From Nocardioidaceae bacterium (GTDB taxonomy: Bacteria; Actinomycetota; Actinomycetes; Propionibacteriales; Nocardioidaceae), in contig JBPCRX010000127.1 in NCBI GenBank assembly GCA_050996395.1, forward strand, positions 1-44,643: DNA of 44,643 nucleotides. The letters run 5' to 3'. The position numbers and the translations under genes were made by a program. Below are positions 34,963 through 44,643 of this stretch, piece after piece. Below the pieces are notes generated by a model. It worked only from the letters and a program-made list of their open reading frames with translations, made no database searches and was not told where the DNA came from. Every line of letters begins with the position of its first letter. Positions within the stretch are counted from its first letter, which is position 1.

Positions 34963-36366
34963 TCAGCAGCCGGGCAGGCGGATGGCGAGGTAGCCGGCTA
35001 TCTGGTCGAGGGCCACCCGCTCCTGCTTCATGGTGTCACGTTCACGGATGGTGGCGGCCTGGTCGTCGATGCTGTCGAAGTCGACGGTCACGCAGTACGG
35101 CGTACCGATCTCGTCCTGCCTGCGGTAGCGCCGACCGATTGCTCCAGCGTCGTCGAAGTCCACGTTCCAGTGGCTGCGGAGCTCCGCAGCGAGCGCTTGC
35201 GCCCTGGGAGTGAGGTCGTCGTTGCGCGAGAGCGGCAGCACCGCCGCCTTGACCGGTGCCAGCCGCGGGTCGAGACGCAGCACTGTGCGTTTGTCGATGC
35301 CACCTTTGGCGTTGGGGGCCTCGTCCTCGGCGTAGGCGTCGACCAAGAAGGCCATCAGCGACCTGGTTGCACCAGCAGCAGGCTCGATGACATAGGGGAC
35401 CCAGCGTTCACCGCTCGCCTGGTCGAAGTACGAGAGGTCCTGACCCGAGAACTCGCTGTGCTGGGTGAGGTCGAAGTCGCTGCGGTTGGCGATCCCCTCG
35501 AGCTCGCCCCACTGCGAGCCCTGGAAGCCGAACCTGTATTCGATGTCGACGGTGCGCTTGGAGTAGTGGGAGCGCTTCTCGGCCGGGTGCTCGAAGAGGC
35601 GCAGGTTGTCCCGGTCGATGCCCAGGTCGACGTACCAGTCGGTGCGCAGGTCGATCCAGGTCTGGTGCCACTCCTCGTCGGTGCCTGGCGCAACGAAGAA
35701 CTCCATCTCCATCATCTCGAACTCGCGCGTGCGGAAGATGAAGTTGCCAGGCGTGATCTCGTTGCGGAACGCCTTGCCGATCTGGGCGATGCCGAACGGT
35801 GGCCTCCTGCGGCTGGAGTTCATCACGTTGACAAAGTTGAGGAAGATGCCCTGAGCCGTCTCAGGCCGGAGGTAGTGCAGGCCGGAATCGTCTTCTACGA
35901 CCCCGAGGTGTGTCTTCAGCATTCCGTTGAAGGGCCGCGGATCGGTCCAGGCGCCGCGGGTGCCACAGTTGGGACACGCGATCTCGGCCAGGCGCACCGA
36001 GTCAGGGTCGTCGATCCCCTTCTTGGCGGCGACCGCCTCCTGCAGGTGGTCGGCGCGGAAGCGTTTGTGGCAGCTCAGGCACTCGGTCAGTGGGTCGGTG
36101 AACACGGCCAGGTGTCCTGATGCCTCCCAGGTCTTGGTGGGCAGGATCACCGACGAGTCGAGCCCGACGACGTCGTCGCGGGAGGTGACCATCGAGCGCC
36201 ACCATTGACGCTTGATGTTCTCCTTGAGCTCGACACCCAGTGGTCCGTAGTCCCAGGCGGAGCGGGTGCCGCCGTAGATCTCCCCGCTCGGGTAGACGTA
36301 GCCCCGGCGCTTGCAGAGGCTCACGATGTTGTCGATGGCTGAAGCGGCCACGGAGTGGTCCTCCAT
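34963..36366 (-). CDS. glyQS: glycine--tRNA ligase (dimeric class II GlyQS)
   Basis: [20 protein letters not shown]...[20 protein letters not shown] and [25 protein letters not shown]. Start at ATG 36366. Confidence 0.9.
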   Translation of the reverse strand: MEDHSVAASAIDNIVSLCKRRGYVYPSGEIYGGTRSAWDYGPLGVELKENIKRQWWRSMVTSRDDVVGLDSSVILPTKTWEASGHLAVFTDPLTECLSCHKRFRADHLQEAVAAKKGIDDPDSVRLAEIACPNCGTRGAWTDPRPFNGMLKTHLGVVEDDSGLHYLRPETAQGIFLNFVNVMNSSRRRPPFGIAQIGKAFRNEITPGNFIFRTREFEMMEMEFFVAPGTDEEWHQTWIDLRTDWYVDLGIDRDNLRLFEHPAEKRSHYSKRTVDIEYRFGFQGSQWGELEGIANRSDFDLTQHSEFSGQDLSYFDQASGERWVPYVIEPAAGATRSLMAFLVDAYAEDEAPNAKGGIDKRTVLRLDPRLAPVKAAVLPLSRNDDLTPRAQALAAELRSHWNVDFDDAGAIGRRYRRQDEIGTPYCVTVDFDSIDDQAATIRERDTMKQERVALDQIAGYLAIRLPGC

Positions 36367-36435
36367 CCGGCTGGCGGTCGGCGGCGGCTGACCCGAGCGG
36401 GCAGCAGGCAACAAGGCTACCGCCAGACGGCCCCC

Positions 36436-36780
36436 TTAGTTGCTTCCGCGCGGAATGGCCCGGTTTGGCGGATCGGCGCCCTCGCCGACGAGCACCTCGT
36501 ACGCCGACGGCTCGTCCAAGGCATGCGACAGCAGCGGGACGACCGACATCTTGATCTCATACGACGAGAGCGCGCGGCGGTAGGCACCGACGTGCATCCA
36601 TGTCGTCGAGACCAGCCACAAGGTGGGGTCGTCTAGCGCGCGCCCCACACTGCCGCTCAGGTAACCAGGGCGCTGGGAGAGCTGGTCCACACAGGAGGTG
36701 AGCTCGGCGAGCGCATGGTCCGCCAGAGCTTCTTCGTACCGGAAGCGGGCGACAACGAGCACCGGCTCAGTCTCCACCAC
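36436..36780 (-). CDS. ABM (antibiotic biosynthesis monooxygenase-like) domain protein
   Basis: 114 aa with a ferredoxin-like beta-alpha-beta pattern (VLVVARF..., ...LWLVSTTWMHVGAYRRALS). Assignment is by pattern only. Confidence 0.5.
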   Translation of the reverse strand: MVETEPVLVVARFRYEEALADHALAELTSCVDQLSQRPGYLSGSVGRALDDPTLWLVSTTWMHVGAYRRALSSYEIKMSVVPLLSHALDEPSAYEVLVGEGADPPNRAIPRGSN

Positions 36781-36799
36781 CCGCCACTACGCTGACACG

Positions 36800-37180
36800 A
36801 TGGTCCCTGCGAGACCCAGAGGCTCGGGCGACCCCGCCAAGCGCGCAGCCGGAGCAAGCCGGAGCGGCTCCGACGACGCCACCGCCAAGACCATGGGCGG
36901 CCTGCGAGGCCGCGTCACTCCCGCCAGCCGGGTGATGCTCCTGTGGATCTCCAGATTGCCGCCGCTGGCGGTGCCTGCCGCGGTGCTGGCGGCCATGCTC
37001 GTGGGCTTGTCTGCCCCACTGGTCTTCGCGCTGCCTGCTTTCGGTGCTGTGACGCTCTTCGTGGCATGGTTGGCCTATCTTTCCTGGCCGGCCCTCACCA
37101 CATCAGCTCGCCTGGTACGGGGTCTGATGATTGCGCTCGTGGCCGGGGCGGCCGCAGCGCGCGTCGCAGGCTGGCTGTGA
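36800..37180 (+). CDS. small membrane protein (two TM helices)
   Basis: Basic N-terminus followed by LPPLAVPAAVLAAMLVGLSAPLVFALPAFGAVTLFVAWLAYL. ATG 36800 or ATG 36893 are possible starts. Confidence 0.45.
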   Translation: MVPARPRGSGDPAKRAAGASRSGSDDATAKTMGGLRGRVTPASRVMLLWISRLPPLAVPAAVLAAMLVGLSAPLVFALPAFGAVTLFVAWLAYLSWPALTTSARLVRGLMIALVAGAAAARVAGWL

Positions 37181-37240
37181 CCGGCGCTGCGACCCAAGCT
37201 CCGACCGGCGAACGCGATGAGAGGCGAACGCGAGGCAGCG

Positions 37241-38368
37241 ATGGATGAGCTACCGATCATCGACAGCGACGTGCATCCGGTGCCGGACGGCGAGCGCATG
37301 CTGGACTTCATGCCCGAGCCATGGCGCCGGCGTTACGCCACCGGCAACCGTGGTGCCGGCCACCTCGGCTACTGGAACCCGAACGGCGTCATGAGATCCG
37401 ACGCCGTCACCCCGCAGGGCGAGCGCATCGAGGCCAGCCCCGGATCGCTGGGACGGTACTTCCTCGACAAGTACGGAATCGAGTACGCCGTCTTGAACTG
37501 CGAGGGAACGCTGCACGTCGGGCTCTCTCCCGAGCCCGACTTCGCCGCGGCAGTCGTCTCGGCGTGCAACGACGTGGTGGCTCACGACTGGCTCCCGACA
37601 GACCCGCGTCTTCGCGCCGCGCTGGTCGTCTCCCCGGGTGACCCGGAGCTCGCCGCCAGGGAGATCCACCGCTACGGCGACCACCCTGGCTTCGTGCAGG
37701 TGCTGCTTCCCAGCGCCGCCCGGATGCCGTACGGCCAGCGCTTCCACCATCCGATCTTCGCCGCGGCTGCGGCACACGACCTGCCGGTGGCGATCCATCC
37801 CGGCTCCGAGGGGGTGGGTGTGTCTGGCGCCCCGACTGCTGCCGGATACCCGTCGAGCTACTTCGAGTGGCATACCGGCCTGGTCGGCAGCTACATCGCG
37901 CACCTCATCAGCCTCGTCACCGAGGGGGTGTTCACCAAGTTCCCCACGCTGAAGGTGGTCCTCGTCGAGGGCGGCGTCTCCTGGTTGCCGCCGCTGCTGT
38001 GGCGCTTCGACAAGAACTGGAAGGCGCTGCGGCAGACGACACCGTGGCTGACGCGCCCGCCGAGCGCGATCGTCTCCGAGCACATCCTGCTGACGACGCA
38101 ACCGCTCGAGGAGCCGGACAACCCCAAGCACTTCGCAGCCGTCCTCGACATGTTCGACGTCGAGCACATGTTGATGTTCTCCAGCGACTTCCCGCACTGG
38201 GACGGTGACACGCCTGACTTCGCCGCCCGCCCGTTCCCCGCGGCGATGCGGTCCCGAGTGTTGAGCGAGACCGCTCGTGAGCTGTACCGGCTACCGTCAG
38301 CCGCCCAAGCGGTTGCGCTCCCTCACAGCTCGGGCGGCATACAGCAGACTGCGGCCGGTCTTGGCTGA
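37241..38368 (+). CDS. amidohydrolase-2 (ACMSD/LigW-type metal-dependent hydrolase/decarboxylase) family protein
   Basis: N-terminal IIDSDVHP metal motif, ...AIHPG..., ...FSSDFPHWD C-terminal motif. Confidence 0.7.
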   Translation: MDELPIIDSDVHPVPDGERMLDFMPEPWRRRYATGNRGAGHLGYWNPNGVMRSDAVTPQGERIEASPGSLGRYFLDKYGIEYAVLNCEGTLHVGLSPEPDFAAAVVSACNDVVAHDWLPTDPRLRAALVVSPGDPELAAREIHRYGDHPGFVQVLLPSAARMPYGQRFHHPIFAAAAAHDLPVAIHPGSEGVGVSGAPTAAGYPSSYFEWHTGLVGSYIAHLISLVTEGVFTKFPTLKVVLVEGGVSWLPPLLWRFDKNWKALRQTTPWLTRPPSAIVSEHILLTTQPLEEPDNPKHFAAVLDMFDVEHMLMFSSDFPHWDGDTPDFAARPFPAAMRSRVLSETARELYRLPSAAQAVALPHSSGGIQQTAAGLG

Positions 38369-38393
38369 GGCCGCTCCTCGTCGGACGCGGCGG

Positions 38394-38786
38394 GTGCTCG
38401 CCACCGTGGACGAGCTCCCGCCCGGTTCGCGCACGATCGTGGACGTCGACGGTCAGTCCATCGGAGTCTTCAACGTCGACGGCCGCTACGTCGCGGTGCT
38501 GAACGTGTGCCCGCACGAGCTCGGACCTGTGTGCCTCGGGCGCGTGGGAGGCACGACGCTGCCGTCCTCACCGGGTGAGTACAGATGGGGACGTGAGGGC
38601 GAGATCCTCGCCTGCCCGTGGCATGGATGGGAGTTCGACCTCCTCACCGGCAAGCCGCTTTTCGGCAGCGTCCCGAACCTGCGCCGCTACCCGGTCGAGG
38701 TGGACGACGGCCAGGTGGTTGTGGTGCTCACGGCCAGCCGCGTCGGCGCTGTGCCGGAACGCCCGCCGGGTGCTGCCCCAGCCTGA
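38394..38786 (+). CDS. Rieske [2Fe-2S] domain protein
   Basis: CPHELGP...CPWHGWEF cluster ligand boxes. Start is GTG 38394 (VLATVDELPPG) or TTG 38361, which would overlap the amidohydrolase stop. Confidence 0.75.
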   Translation: MLATVDELPPGSRTIVDVDGQSIGVFNVDGRYVAVLNVCPHELGPVCLGRVGGTTLPSSPGEYRWGREGEILACPWHGWEFDLLTGKPLFGSVPNLRRYPVEVDDGQVVVVLTASRVGAVPERPPGAAPA

Positions 38787-40280
38787 TCACGCCTGAGGAG
38801 CGCGATCGGCCGGGTCAGCCGCCAAGCGATGCAGACGCGCAAGCCGTTCCAAGGTCACGACCAGGTCCGCCGCGTCGGCGTGCGCCCGGTGTCGAGCCGT
38901 CCAGCGCTGGGCACCTCGTGGCAGGTCCAGATGCACCGTCGCCAGGTCGAGGCGTCGCTGCAGCCATCCCTGTTCGGCGGAGACGCTCTGCACCCTGGCA
39001 TAGGGCACGTAGGCGCTCGAGCGATGCAGGCGCCCATACCGGCGTACCGCACCTCGATCCAGCAGCGCGACCCCCAGCCAGCGCCAGCCGAAGGGATCCA
39101 GCCGCCGAGAACCGGCGCCGGCCGGGGCGAAAGGTGCCTCGTCCAGCCTCTCCCCCGTCACGTCCGTGATCAGGGTGAGAGCCTGCGAGCGTGCGGCGAC
39201 GGGCATGAGAGAGGCGCCATCCTCGTCCTTCTTGGCGCCCGCGATGTCAACCCGGACCGACGCCCACCCGAGCCGCCGCCACCAGAACGGCTCGACCAGT
39301 CGCACGCCCTGGATGCGGTCGTAGTCGATGGTGCGGTGCACGGTCGACGTCAGTCCCGAGCTGATGCTGATGCCGTTCTCCGTGCGGTGCAGACGGAAGT
39401 TCGCGTCGCGCATGATCGAGCGCACCTGCCGACGTGTCTGGCTGAGGATCGCCAAAGTGACGGGCAGGATGCCAGACAGACCGGCCACCAGCGCCGTCGT
39501 GCCCCAGATGAACGGCGTGACGACAAGCGCCACAACCCACACGACGAGGAGCACCCAGCCGGCCACTCCCTCGAGCAGGTTCGCCTGGACGAGCCTGAGT
39601 GTGGAGATCTCCGCCACCAGTGATGCGTGCTCCAGGTGCGTCGTCGGCGAGGACTCGACGGACGCGGCAACAGTTCCGGAGGTATGCCGAAGGATCTCCC
39701 GGCGCAGCGCCCAGGCCTCAGAGGCGGACAGATACGCCAGCTCCACCGACGCGTCCTCGCCGGCGGCCATCTCGAGGCGCACCGTGGCAAGACCACACAG
39801 CCTGGCGACAATCGGCTGGTTGACGTCCACCGACTGCACCCGGTTGAGCCGCACCTGGCTGCGCTGCGTCACGACCCACCCACGGTGGTAGAGCAGCGTG
39901 CTCATCCCGCCCCTGTCGGTGACGATGGCGAACCCTGTGGTCCGCCAGGACCACCAGGCGCCGGCCAGGCTTATCACCGCGACCCCCAGCAGGGCCGCAA
40001 GCCCCTTGAGGAGAACGGAGACCTCGACGTCACCGTTCAGCGCATGCCAGACCCATGCCAGCCGGTCGAGCTCGTCGCGGAACACGCCGAAGCCGATAGC
40101 ACCGGCGAAGCCGACGAGTCGCCAGGACCGCAGGAGCGGCGTGACGGGGTGCAACCGGCGCAGGTCAGTCGCCGCGATGTCCGCCACCGCCGCTTCGTGG
40201 CCGCCGGCCGCCGGCGCCTCGGCCAGCGCCGCTTCGCCCACGGACGTCGTAGGCGGCTCGGTCGCTGAATCGGACATCAT
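38787..40280 (-). CDS. bPH_2 (YdbT-like) membrane protein with repeated PH-like modules
   Basis: Repeated pattern TM pair plus ...RTIDYDRIQGVRLVEPFWWRRLGWASVRVDIAG / ...VQSVDVNQPIVARLCGLATVRLEMA. Start at ATG 40280. Confidence 0.65.
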   Translation of the reverse strand: MMSDSATEPPTTSVGEAALAEAPAAGGHEAAVADIAATDLRRLHPVTPLLRSWRLVGFAGAIGFGVFRDELDRLAWVWHALNGDVEVSVLLKGLAALLGVAVISLAGAWWSWRTTGFAIVTDRGGMSTLLYHRGWVVTQRSQVRLNRVQSVDVNQPIVARLCGLATVRLEMAAGEDASVELAYLSASEAWALRREILRHTSGTVAASVESSPTTHLEHASLVAEISTLRLVQANLLEGVAGWVLLVVWVVALVVTPFIWGTTALVAGLSGILPVTLAILSQTRRQVRSIMRDANFRLHRTENGISISSGLTSTVHRTIDYDRIQGVRLVEPFWWRRLGWASVRVDIAGAKKDEDGASLMPVAARSQALTLITDVTGERLDEAPFAPAGAGSRRLDPFGWRWLGVALLDRGAVRRYGRLHRSSAYVPYARVQSVSAEQGWLQRRLDLATVHLDLPRGAQRWTARHRAHADAADLVVTLERLARLHRLAADPADRAPQA

Positions 40281-40293
40281 GGTCGCGCCGAGG

Positions 40294-40839
40294 TCATAGC
40301 CCGGCGGCTGACGCCTCACCCTTGGCGGCCAGTCGCTCGCGGAGCTCGTAGGCGGCGGCGAACTCCACACCCGGGATGGAGGCGTCGGTGGTGGCCGACG
40401 CGGTGACGAGCTCGACGGTCGCTATGCCGAGGCGCTGCGAGATGGGGTTGGCGCGAACCTCGATCACCTGCATGCGGCCGTACGGCACCACGGTCAGCCG
40501 GCGCACCAGCCGTCCGCGACGTACCAGTAGGTCCTCGTCGGCCTCGGCATACCCCCAGGAGCGCACCTGACGAGGCACCACGAGGAACCAGCCGAGCGCC
40601 GTCACCGCCAGCAAGGCTCCGGCGACCGCGGCGAACGGCCACAGCGGCGCCCCGGTCAGCTGGTGAGCTGTGACGCCCAGGCCGAGCACCGCCACCGCCG
40701 CGACCAGCACAACGCAGAGCAGCATTCGACGCTCGGTCAGCAACCGCGGTGACACTCCACGCCACTGCAGGGTCGGATCATCGAACAGCGCTGGAGCATC
40801 GACGCGGGGCACGCTTCGAGCGTAGTCAGGCGGTGCCAT
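40294..40839 (-). CDS. bPH_2 (YdbS-like) membrane protein
   Basis: Two TM helices followed by [47 protein letters not shown] 40812 is an alternative start. Confidence 0.65.
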   Translation of the reverse strand: MAPPDYARSVPRVDAPALFDDPTLQWRGVSPRLLTERRMLLCVVLVAAVAVLGLGVTAHQLTGAPLWPFAAVAGALLAVTALGWFLVVPRQVRSWGYAEADEDLLVRRGRLVRRLTVVPYGRMQVIEVRANPISQRLGIATVELVTASATTDASIPGVEFAAAYELRERLAAKGEASAAGL

Positions 40840-41569
40840 AGCGTCGGTCCCGGCGCGCGTAGACGTCGATTGCCTCGTAGAGCGTGTGACGCGTGACGTC
40901 CGGCCACAGCACGTTCATGAACACCATCTCGGCATACGCGGACTGCCAGAGCAAGAAGTTGCTGAAACGCTGCTCTCCCGATGTGCGCAGCACCATGTCG
41001 ACGTCGGGCAGGTCGGGCACGTAGAGCGCCCCCGCGAGGGAGCGTTCGTCGACCTTCTCGGGGTCGAGGTCACCCGCGGCTGCCTGCCGCGCGAGCCGCT
41101 GGGCGGCATCGGCCAGCTCGGCACGTCCGCCATAGTTCACGCACATCGTGAGAGTCAGCACCGTGTTGTGGCGCGTCATCTCCTCGGCAACCTGCAGCTC
41201 CTTGATGACAGAGGCCCAAAGGCGGGGCCGCCGCCCTGCCCAGCGCACCCGCACGCCCATGGCGTTCATCTCGTCGCGCCGCCGGCGGATCACGTCGCGG
41301 TTGAAGCCCATCAGGAAGCGCACCTCGTCCGGTGAGCGCCGCCAGTTCTCCGTCGAGAAGGCGTAGGCCGAGACACAGCTGACTCCGGCGGCGATCGCGC
41401 CCTCGACCAGGTCGAACAGCGCCGCCTCTCCACGCTCGTGGCCAGCCGTGCGAGGCAGCCCACGCGCCCGGGCCCAACGACCGTTGCCGTCCATGATGAC
41501 CGCCACGTGCCTCGGGATGAGCTCCTCGGGCAGCTGCGGTGGGTCGGTGAACGCCGGCGGCTCGGGCAC
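40826..41569 (-). CDS. uppS: (di-trans,poly-cis)-decaprenyl/undecaprenyl diphosphate synthase
   Basis: [24 protein letters not shown] and [21 protein letters not shown]. Start set at GTG 41569, just downstream of the recO stop. The longer ORF overlaps recO and is rejected. Confidence 0.85.
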   Translation of the reverse strand: MPEPPAFTDPPQLPEELIPRHVAVIMDGNGRWARARGLPRTAGHERGEAALFDLVEGAIAAGVSCVSAYAFSTENWRRSPDEVRFLMGFNRDVIRRRRDEMNAMGVRVRWAGRRPRLWASVIKELQVAEEMTRHNTVLTLTMCVNYGGRAELADAAQRLARQAAAGDLDPEKVDERSLAGALYVPDLPDVDMVLRTSGEQRFSNFLLWQSAYAEMVFMNVLWPDVTRHTLYEAIDVYARRDRRYGTA

Positions 41570-41591
41570 GTGTCCAACTCTGCCAGGTGGC

Positions 41592-42320
41592 TCAGCGTTC
41601 GACGTGCACGAGTGAGCGCAACCCGCGCTCGAGATGCCACTGGAGGTAGGCCGCCACGATGCCACTGGCCGGCTTGCGGTAGCGCACCTCGACGCCTTGC
41701 GCGGTCGACCAGTCACCGGCGAGAAGGGCTCCAAGGAGGCTGACCGTCTCAGCTGCCGGGTTGGCTGTCCCAGGAGTGCGGCACCTCGAGCAGAGCATGC
41801 CGCCCGCGCCGGCGCTGAAACTGCGGTGCGGCCCGGCGTCACCGCAGCGGGCGCAGGCGTCGAAGCTGGGTGCGTACCCGGCAATCGCCAGCGATCGCAG
41901 CAGGAACGAGTCGAGCACCAGGCCAGGTTCGCGCTCGCCCGCGGCGAGCACCCGCAGCGCCGCCAGCAGCAGCAGGTACTGCTGGACGGCAGGTTCCATC
42001 TCCTCGGCGACAAGCCGCTCGGCGGTCTCGAGCATGGCGGTCCCTGCCGTGTAGCGGCCGTAGTCGTCGGCGATCGCCTCGCCGAACGCCGACAGCGTCT
42101 CGACCTGCGTCACCACGTCGAGGGATCTGCCACGCGCAAGCTGCGCGTCGACGTGCATGAACGGCTCGAGGCGTGCACCGAACTTGGACCTCGTGCGACG
42201 TACGCCCTTGCCCACCGCGCGAACGCGTCCGGTGTTGCGGGTGAGCAGCGTGACGATGTGGTCCGCCTCACCCAGCTTCTGGGTGCGCAGCACGATCGCC
42301 TCGTCGCGGTAGAGGTTCAC
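41592..42320 (-). CDS. recO: DNA repair protein RecO
   Basis: [43 protein letters not shown] and zinc motif CARCG...CSRC. GTG 42320. Confidence 0.9.
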   Translation of the reverse strand: MNLYRDEAIVLRTQKLGEADHIVTLLTRNTGRVRAVGKGVRRTRSKFGARLEPFMHVDAQLARGRSLDVVTQVETLSAFGEAIADDYGRYTAGTAMLETAERLVAEEMEPAVQQYLLLLAALRVLAAGEREPGLVLDSFLLRSLAIAGYAPSFDACARCGDAGPHRSFSAGAGGMLCSRCRTPGTANPAAETVSLLGALLAGDWSTAQGVEVRYRKPASGIVAAYLQWHLERGLRSLVHVER

Positions 42321-42425
42321 CCTGTCATTGTGCCGGGGGGCGAGCGGCTGAGCAGCGGACGCCACCTCCTGCGGCCGCCAAAATCGGATGGGCTTGTCGC
42401 TGGGCGACGTGACATCCTCGCCGGT

Positions 42426-43289
42426 ATGACGTCTGAGTCAGCCACCCTGCAGCGCCTGGAGTCCTACTACGACGCCGTTCCGCGGCGCCGAAGCCGTACC
42501 GAGGAGCTAGGTCCCTTCACGCTGTTCGTGGCGCGCGTCGGCTGGCCCTACTACGCCCGACCCGTGCTGGGCGGGGAGCAGTCTGCCACCACCGCTGACG
42601 TGCGGGATGTGCTGGCCCGCCAGCGTGAGCTCGACGTACCGCGCAGCCTCGAGTGGGTCGACGAGGTCACTCCTGGTCTGGTCGAGGTGGCTCGTGAAGC
42701 TGGGCTGTTCGTCGAGAGCTGCCCTCTGCTGGTCCTCGACGGCCAGCCACGGAGGCCGGCCGCCACTGCCATGGGCACTGCTCGGGTTCTGGAGCCGACA
42801 GAGCTCGACGTGGTGGCCGCCAGCCGGGCGGCGGTGCACGTCAGCTTCACCCAGGGCGGGACCGCGAGGGGCGAAGCGGGCATCAAGGCTCGCGACGCTC
42901 ATGTCGCTGACCACCCGGACGACGTCAGCGACAACCTGGTCAGCTCGCTGCGAGACGGATGGGTCCGGCTGGCGGCAGCGTTCGCGAATGAGGATGCCGA
43001 CCTCGGCCACTCCCCTGTCGCCGAGGTGTCCGAGCTCGGTCCCGTCGGCGGAGGCAGCCACTCCCCCGTCACCGAGGTGTCCGAGCTCGCCGGAATCGCG
43101 GTTCTTCCGGCATACCGCAGGCAAGGGCTCGGCGCTCAGCTCACCTGTGTGCTGGCGGCGGACGCGCTGTCCCTCGGCGTGAGCACGGTCTTCTGCTCGG
43201 CCCAGTCCGACGAGGTGGCACGGATCTATGAGGGCATTGGCTTCCGGCGCGTTGGGACCGCCTGCATCGCCGCCGAAGACGCCCACTGA
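42426..43289 (+). CDS. GNAT family N-acetyltransferase
   Basis: ATG 42426 ([16 protein letters not shown]...). Acetyl-CoA motif [16 protein letters not shown]. The long upstream part of ORF 41634..43289 is antisense to recO and is rejected. Confidence 0.7.
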   Translation: MTSESATLQRLESYYDAVPRRRSRTEELGPFTLFVARVGWPYYARPVLGGEQSATTADVRDVLARQRELDVPRSLEWVDEVTPGLVEVAREAGLFVESCPLLVLDGQPRRPAATAMGTARVLEPTELDVVAASRAAVHVSFTQGGTARGEAGIKARDAHVADHPDDVSDNLVSSLRDGWVRLAAAFANEDADLGHSPVAEVSELGPVGGGSHSPVTEVSELAGIAVLPAYRRQGLGAQLTCVLAADALSLGVSTVFCSAQSDEVARIYEGIGFRRVGTACIAAEDAH

Positions 43290-43310
43290 GCCCGGCGCCG
43301 CCCCGGGGCC

Positions 43311-43438
43311 GCCATTGCCCTCCGCACCCGCGGCCTTGCCCCCACCCCATCCAGCCCAACCTCCCCACGGCTCCGCCATCGCCCTCCGCACCCGCGGCAT
43401 TGCCGCCACCCCATCCAGCCCAACCTCCCCCCGGCTTG
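43311..43438. repeat. 64-bp tandem repeat, 2 copies (43311-43374, 43375-43438; about 58/64 identical)
   Basis: GCCATTGCCCTCCGCACCCGCGGCCTTGCCCCCACCCCATCCAGCCCAACCTCCCCACGGCTCC versus GCCATCGCCCTCCGCACCCGCGGCATTGCCGCCACCCCATCCAGCCCAACCTCCCCCCGGCTTG. Intergenic and C-rich. Confidence 0.85.
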
Positions 43439-43572
43439 TGACGTTGTTGCACAGATCCGGCCTGGCAGGCTGCAAGGTCGTCACAAAATGCCCCTGTGAA
43501 CGAAGCTCGAACCGTCCACATCGCGCAGCACAGCAGATGACCGGAGGCCACAGGTCAGAACACAGTGCTCAG

Positions 43573-44643
43573 ATGCCACCCAAGAGTGTCCCGACGCACC
43601 GTTGGGACAGCCGCTTGCGGCCGCCGCCGCCCGCGTCTCCTCCGGTGCGCCGGGCGCATGCCACCACTGAGCCGACCCGCGGACAGCTGAGGAGCCGCTC
43701 GTGGCGTCGCTCGAGCCAGGGCCTCTACGTGCCTGCGGTAGCGGAGTGGACACCCGGTCAGCGCGTCGTGGAAGCAAGCGCGTTGCTACCGCTGTCCGGC
43801 GGCGGCGCGGTGAGTGGGTGGGCGGCCGCGTACTGGCTAGGAGTCCGACTTCTCGACGGCCTCGACGCGCGCCTACGCCGAGAGCCGGTGCTCCTCAACC
43901 TCGGGCCACAGGGACAGCTCCGACCACGCCCGGACATCCGGCTTTCGCGTGAGCGCTTCGACGACCGAGAGCGGCACATCGTACGTGGAGTGCCGTGCGC
44001 GAACCCGGTGAGAGCGGCGTTTGACGGGGCTCGGGTGGCCGCCTCGCTGACGGCGGCTGTCGTCATCATCGACATGATTGTGACGAGTGGCCTGTTGACG
44101 CTCGACGAGTTGACTGCATACGTCGATCAACGCGCCGGTTGGAAGGGAGTCCAGCAGGCCCGCCGGGCGGTCCGCCTCGCTGTCACCGGATCACGTAGCC
44201 CTCCCGAAACTCGTTTGCGGCTGGCATGGGTGCTCGACGCACGCCTACCGCCGCTGCTGGTCAACGCGGCTGTGTTCGACTTGACCGGCCGACTCCTCGG
44301 CTACCCAGATGCCCTCGATCCTTCGTCGGGTGTGGTGCTCGAGTACGACGGTGACGACCACCGTGACATCTCCAATCACACCCGCGACAACATCCGTGAG
44401 GAACTGTTCGAGGCGCACGGCCTCACCGTGATGCGGGCGACCCGGCTCGACCTTGGGGGAAGCCGTGTCGAACTGGTACGCCGCATGCGCCAAGCGCACA
44501 CCAGAGCGCTGAACCGCGACCGCCGCCAGGATGGCTGGGCTATCCGAGCCCCCAGGACCCCGAGCCGCACAACCGGTGACACCGGCCTGGGGGGGGGGGG
44601 GGGTGGAGGGAGCGGAGAGCAGAAGAGGGAAAAGAAGCAAAAA
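43573..44643 (+). CDS. DUF559/Vsr-like endonuclease-fold hypothetical protein, 3'-partial (no stop before the window end)
   Basis: Not in the ORF track because it lacks a stop. ATG 43573, MPPKSV...RSWRRSSQGLYVP...VLEYDGDDHRDISNHTRDNIREELFEAHGLTVMRATRLDL. Paralog of 4552..5598. The last ~18 codons are poly-G/purine junk. Confidence 0.6.
   Translation, partial: MPPKSVPTHRWDSRLRPPPPASPPVRRAHATTEPTRGQLRSRSWRRSSQGLYVPAVAEWTPGQRVVEASALLPLSGGGAVSGWAAAYWLGVRLLDGLDARLRREPVLLNLGPQGQLRPRPDIRLSRERFDDRERHIVRGVPCANPVRAAFDGARVAASLTAAVVIIDMIVTSGLLTLDELTAYVDQRAGWKGVQQARRAVRLAVTGSRSPPETRLRLAWVLDARLPPLLVNAAVFDLTGRLLGYPDALDPSSGVVLEYDGDDHRDISNHTRDNIREELFEAHGLTVMRATRLDLGGSRVELVRRMRQAHTRALNRDRRQDGWAIRAPRTPSRTTGDTGLGGGGGGGSGEQKREKKQK
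44589..44643. other. G15 run followed by a purine-only low-complexity tail at the sequence end (probable assembly/sequencing artefact)
   Basis: gggggggggggggggtggagggagcggagagcagaagagggaaaagaagcaaaaa. Its composition is unlike anything else in the window. Confidence 0.6.

Noticed and set aside
43008-43089. The 31-nt repeat pair inside the GNAT as a diversity-generating retroelement template/variable pair.
   Set aside because: There are only two mismatches (T/C and G/A), which is not an adenine-specific pattern. No reverse transcriptase is nearby, and the copies are adjacent within one ORF. Simple slippage duplication fits better.

Overview
Visibly high-GC actinobacterial chromosome segment, probably a whole contig: the length is odd and the 3' end dissolves into a poly-G/purine tail. 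I count about 45 protein genes and 3 tRNAs (Val-TAC, Met-CAT, Asn-GTT). I see no rRNA, CRISPR, transposase or integrase. Left arm (0.4-13.6 kb): ahpE, DUF3052, aceE, a PucR (FasR/MabR-like) regulator, fabD-fabH-acpP-fabF and an AccD6-like carboxyltransferase. This is the neighbourhood known from mycobacteria, with a Streptomyces-style fabH. Middle (13.6-29.3 kb): DUF3145, an orphan Arch_ATPase-type ATPase, a GNAT, an NmrA-like protein and tRNA-Met, followed by a patchy accessory stretch (interrupted sulfatase, aldo/keto-reductase gene fragment, ECF sigma plus membrane partner). Then comes an alpha-glucoside utilisation locus: LacI regulator, GH13 glucosidase, binding protein, two permeases, and a PhyH dioxygenase and aldo/keto reductase downstream on the same strand. 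Right arm (29.3-42.4 kb) is housekeeping and syntenic with the mycobacterial dnaG...recO region: tRNA-Asn, dnaG, dgt, dus, glyQS, uppS, recO. It also holds an amidohydrolase/Rieske pair and a bPH_2 membrane pair. Points worth a second look: (1) FabD carries a C-terminal biotinyl-carrier-like domain that lacks the biotinylated lysine. (2) Two conserved enzymes, aceE and the sulfatase, are each interrupted by exactly one in-frame TAG and nothing else. (3) A double 18-bp palindrome lies on the RBS-proximal side of the orphan ATPase. (4) A DUF559-like gene is bracketed by a family of structured repeats (86-bp tandem array). Its paralog sits at the contig end behind a 64-bp tandem repeat. (5) A duplicated aldo/keto-reductase 3' end brackets the ECF sigma cassette. 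I found no complete, clearly novel multi-gene system. The items above are leads, not demonstrated systems.
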